From positions 1,426,001 to 1,490,000 of the forward strand of contig CAKKNE010000002.1 in the NCBI GenBank assembly GCA_918797485.1: a DNA stretch of 64,000 nt. The letters run 5' to 3'. A model generated the notes under the pieces. It searched no databases. It had not been told where the DNA came from and saw only the letters and a program-made list of their open reading frames with translations. This DNA comes from Pelagomonas calceolata (lineage: Eukaryota). The first letter of the stretch is position 1. Each line of letters begins with the position of its first letter. Both the position numbers and the translations under genes were made by a program. Positions 63,605 to 64,000 of the stretch are shown here, in pieces.

Positions 63605-64000
63605 CTCACGCTGCTGTGCCTGTAAAAACAGCAGTGCTGGCGCGCGAGGCCTTATTGACCTCTTTTGGATTGGCACTGCAAGGCCAGCATACGCCTGCAG
63701 TCGATAGTAACGAGCAACTGCTCACACAAGTGAGCAGTGCTCTCCCTGAGGCCTGTGCTCTCTGAAGCAGACCAGCGCCTGAAACGCTGCTACAGACCCG
63801 AAGCGCTGCGTTAGAAATGACACCACAGCTGCTACGCAATGTCAAGCGTCAGACGTGGCTCCTGACCTACGTTCTGCTGCCACTCATACGCGCGCTCGAC
63901 TGGCTGCTCTGCAAAAGGCACTTCGGCCTGCGCCTCCTCGACCCCAACCATCTGATCACGAGGCGCCTCGACCCGCGACGCCTGATGCAAAAGGCGCGCG

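Overview
GC-rich, gene-dense eukaryotic nuclear DNA. It is very probably from a pelagophyte stramenopile alga (Pelagomonas/Aureococcus-like), inferred from ASAFAP-type plastid leaders, GS type III and TIR/8-bp-TSD introner introns. It holds about 35 protein-coding genes, many in head-to-head pairs, and I found no rRNA, tRNA or CRISPR array. Main points: (1) A 3,741-bp Mutator-like (MULE) element at 25464-29204 has 67-bp TIRs and a perfect 9-bp TSD. Its transposase is split into two intact, convergent ORFs: the zinc finger and first two catalytic Asp are on +, and CxxH, the catalytic Glu and SWIM are on -. (2) About 18 introner elements (CTGTGTGGAAATC...GATTTCCACACAG) form GT/GC-AG introns, clustered in four genes. 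(3) A ~22-bp motif (CTAGCG-N-GTAAGACACTAG) occurs at 12 clear sites, always upstream of a start codon. (4) A 130-bp inverted repeat brackets a trehalose-phosphatase/zinc-finger gene pair. (5) Unusual in-frame fusions: MoeA/CNX1 with GFA/CENP-V, AlkB with TrhO-rhodanese, and AGC kinase with ankyrin. All calls come from reading motifs by eye; no database search was run.
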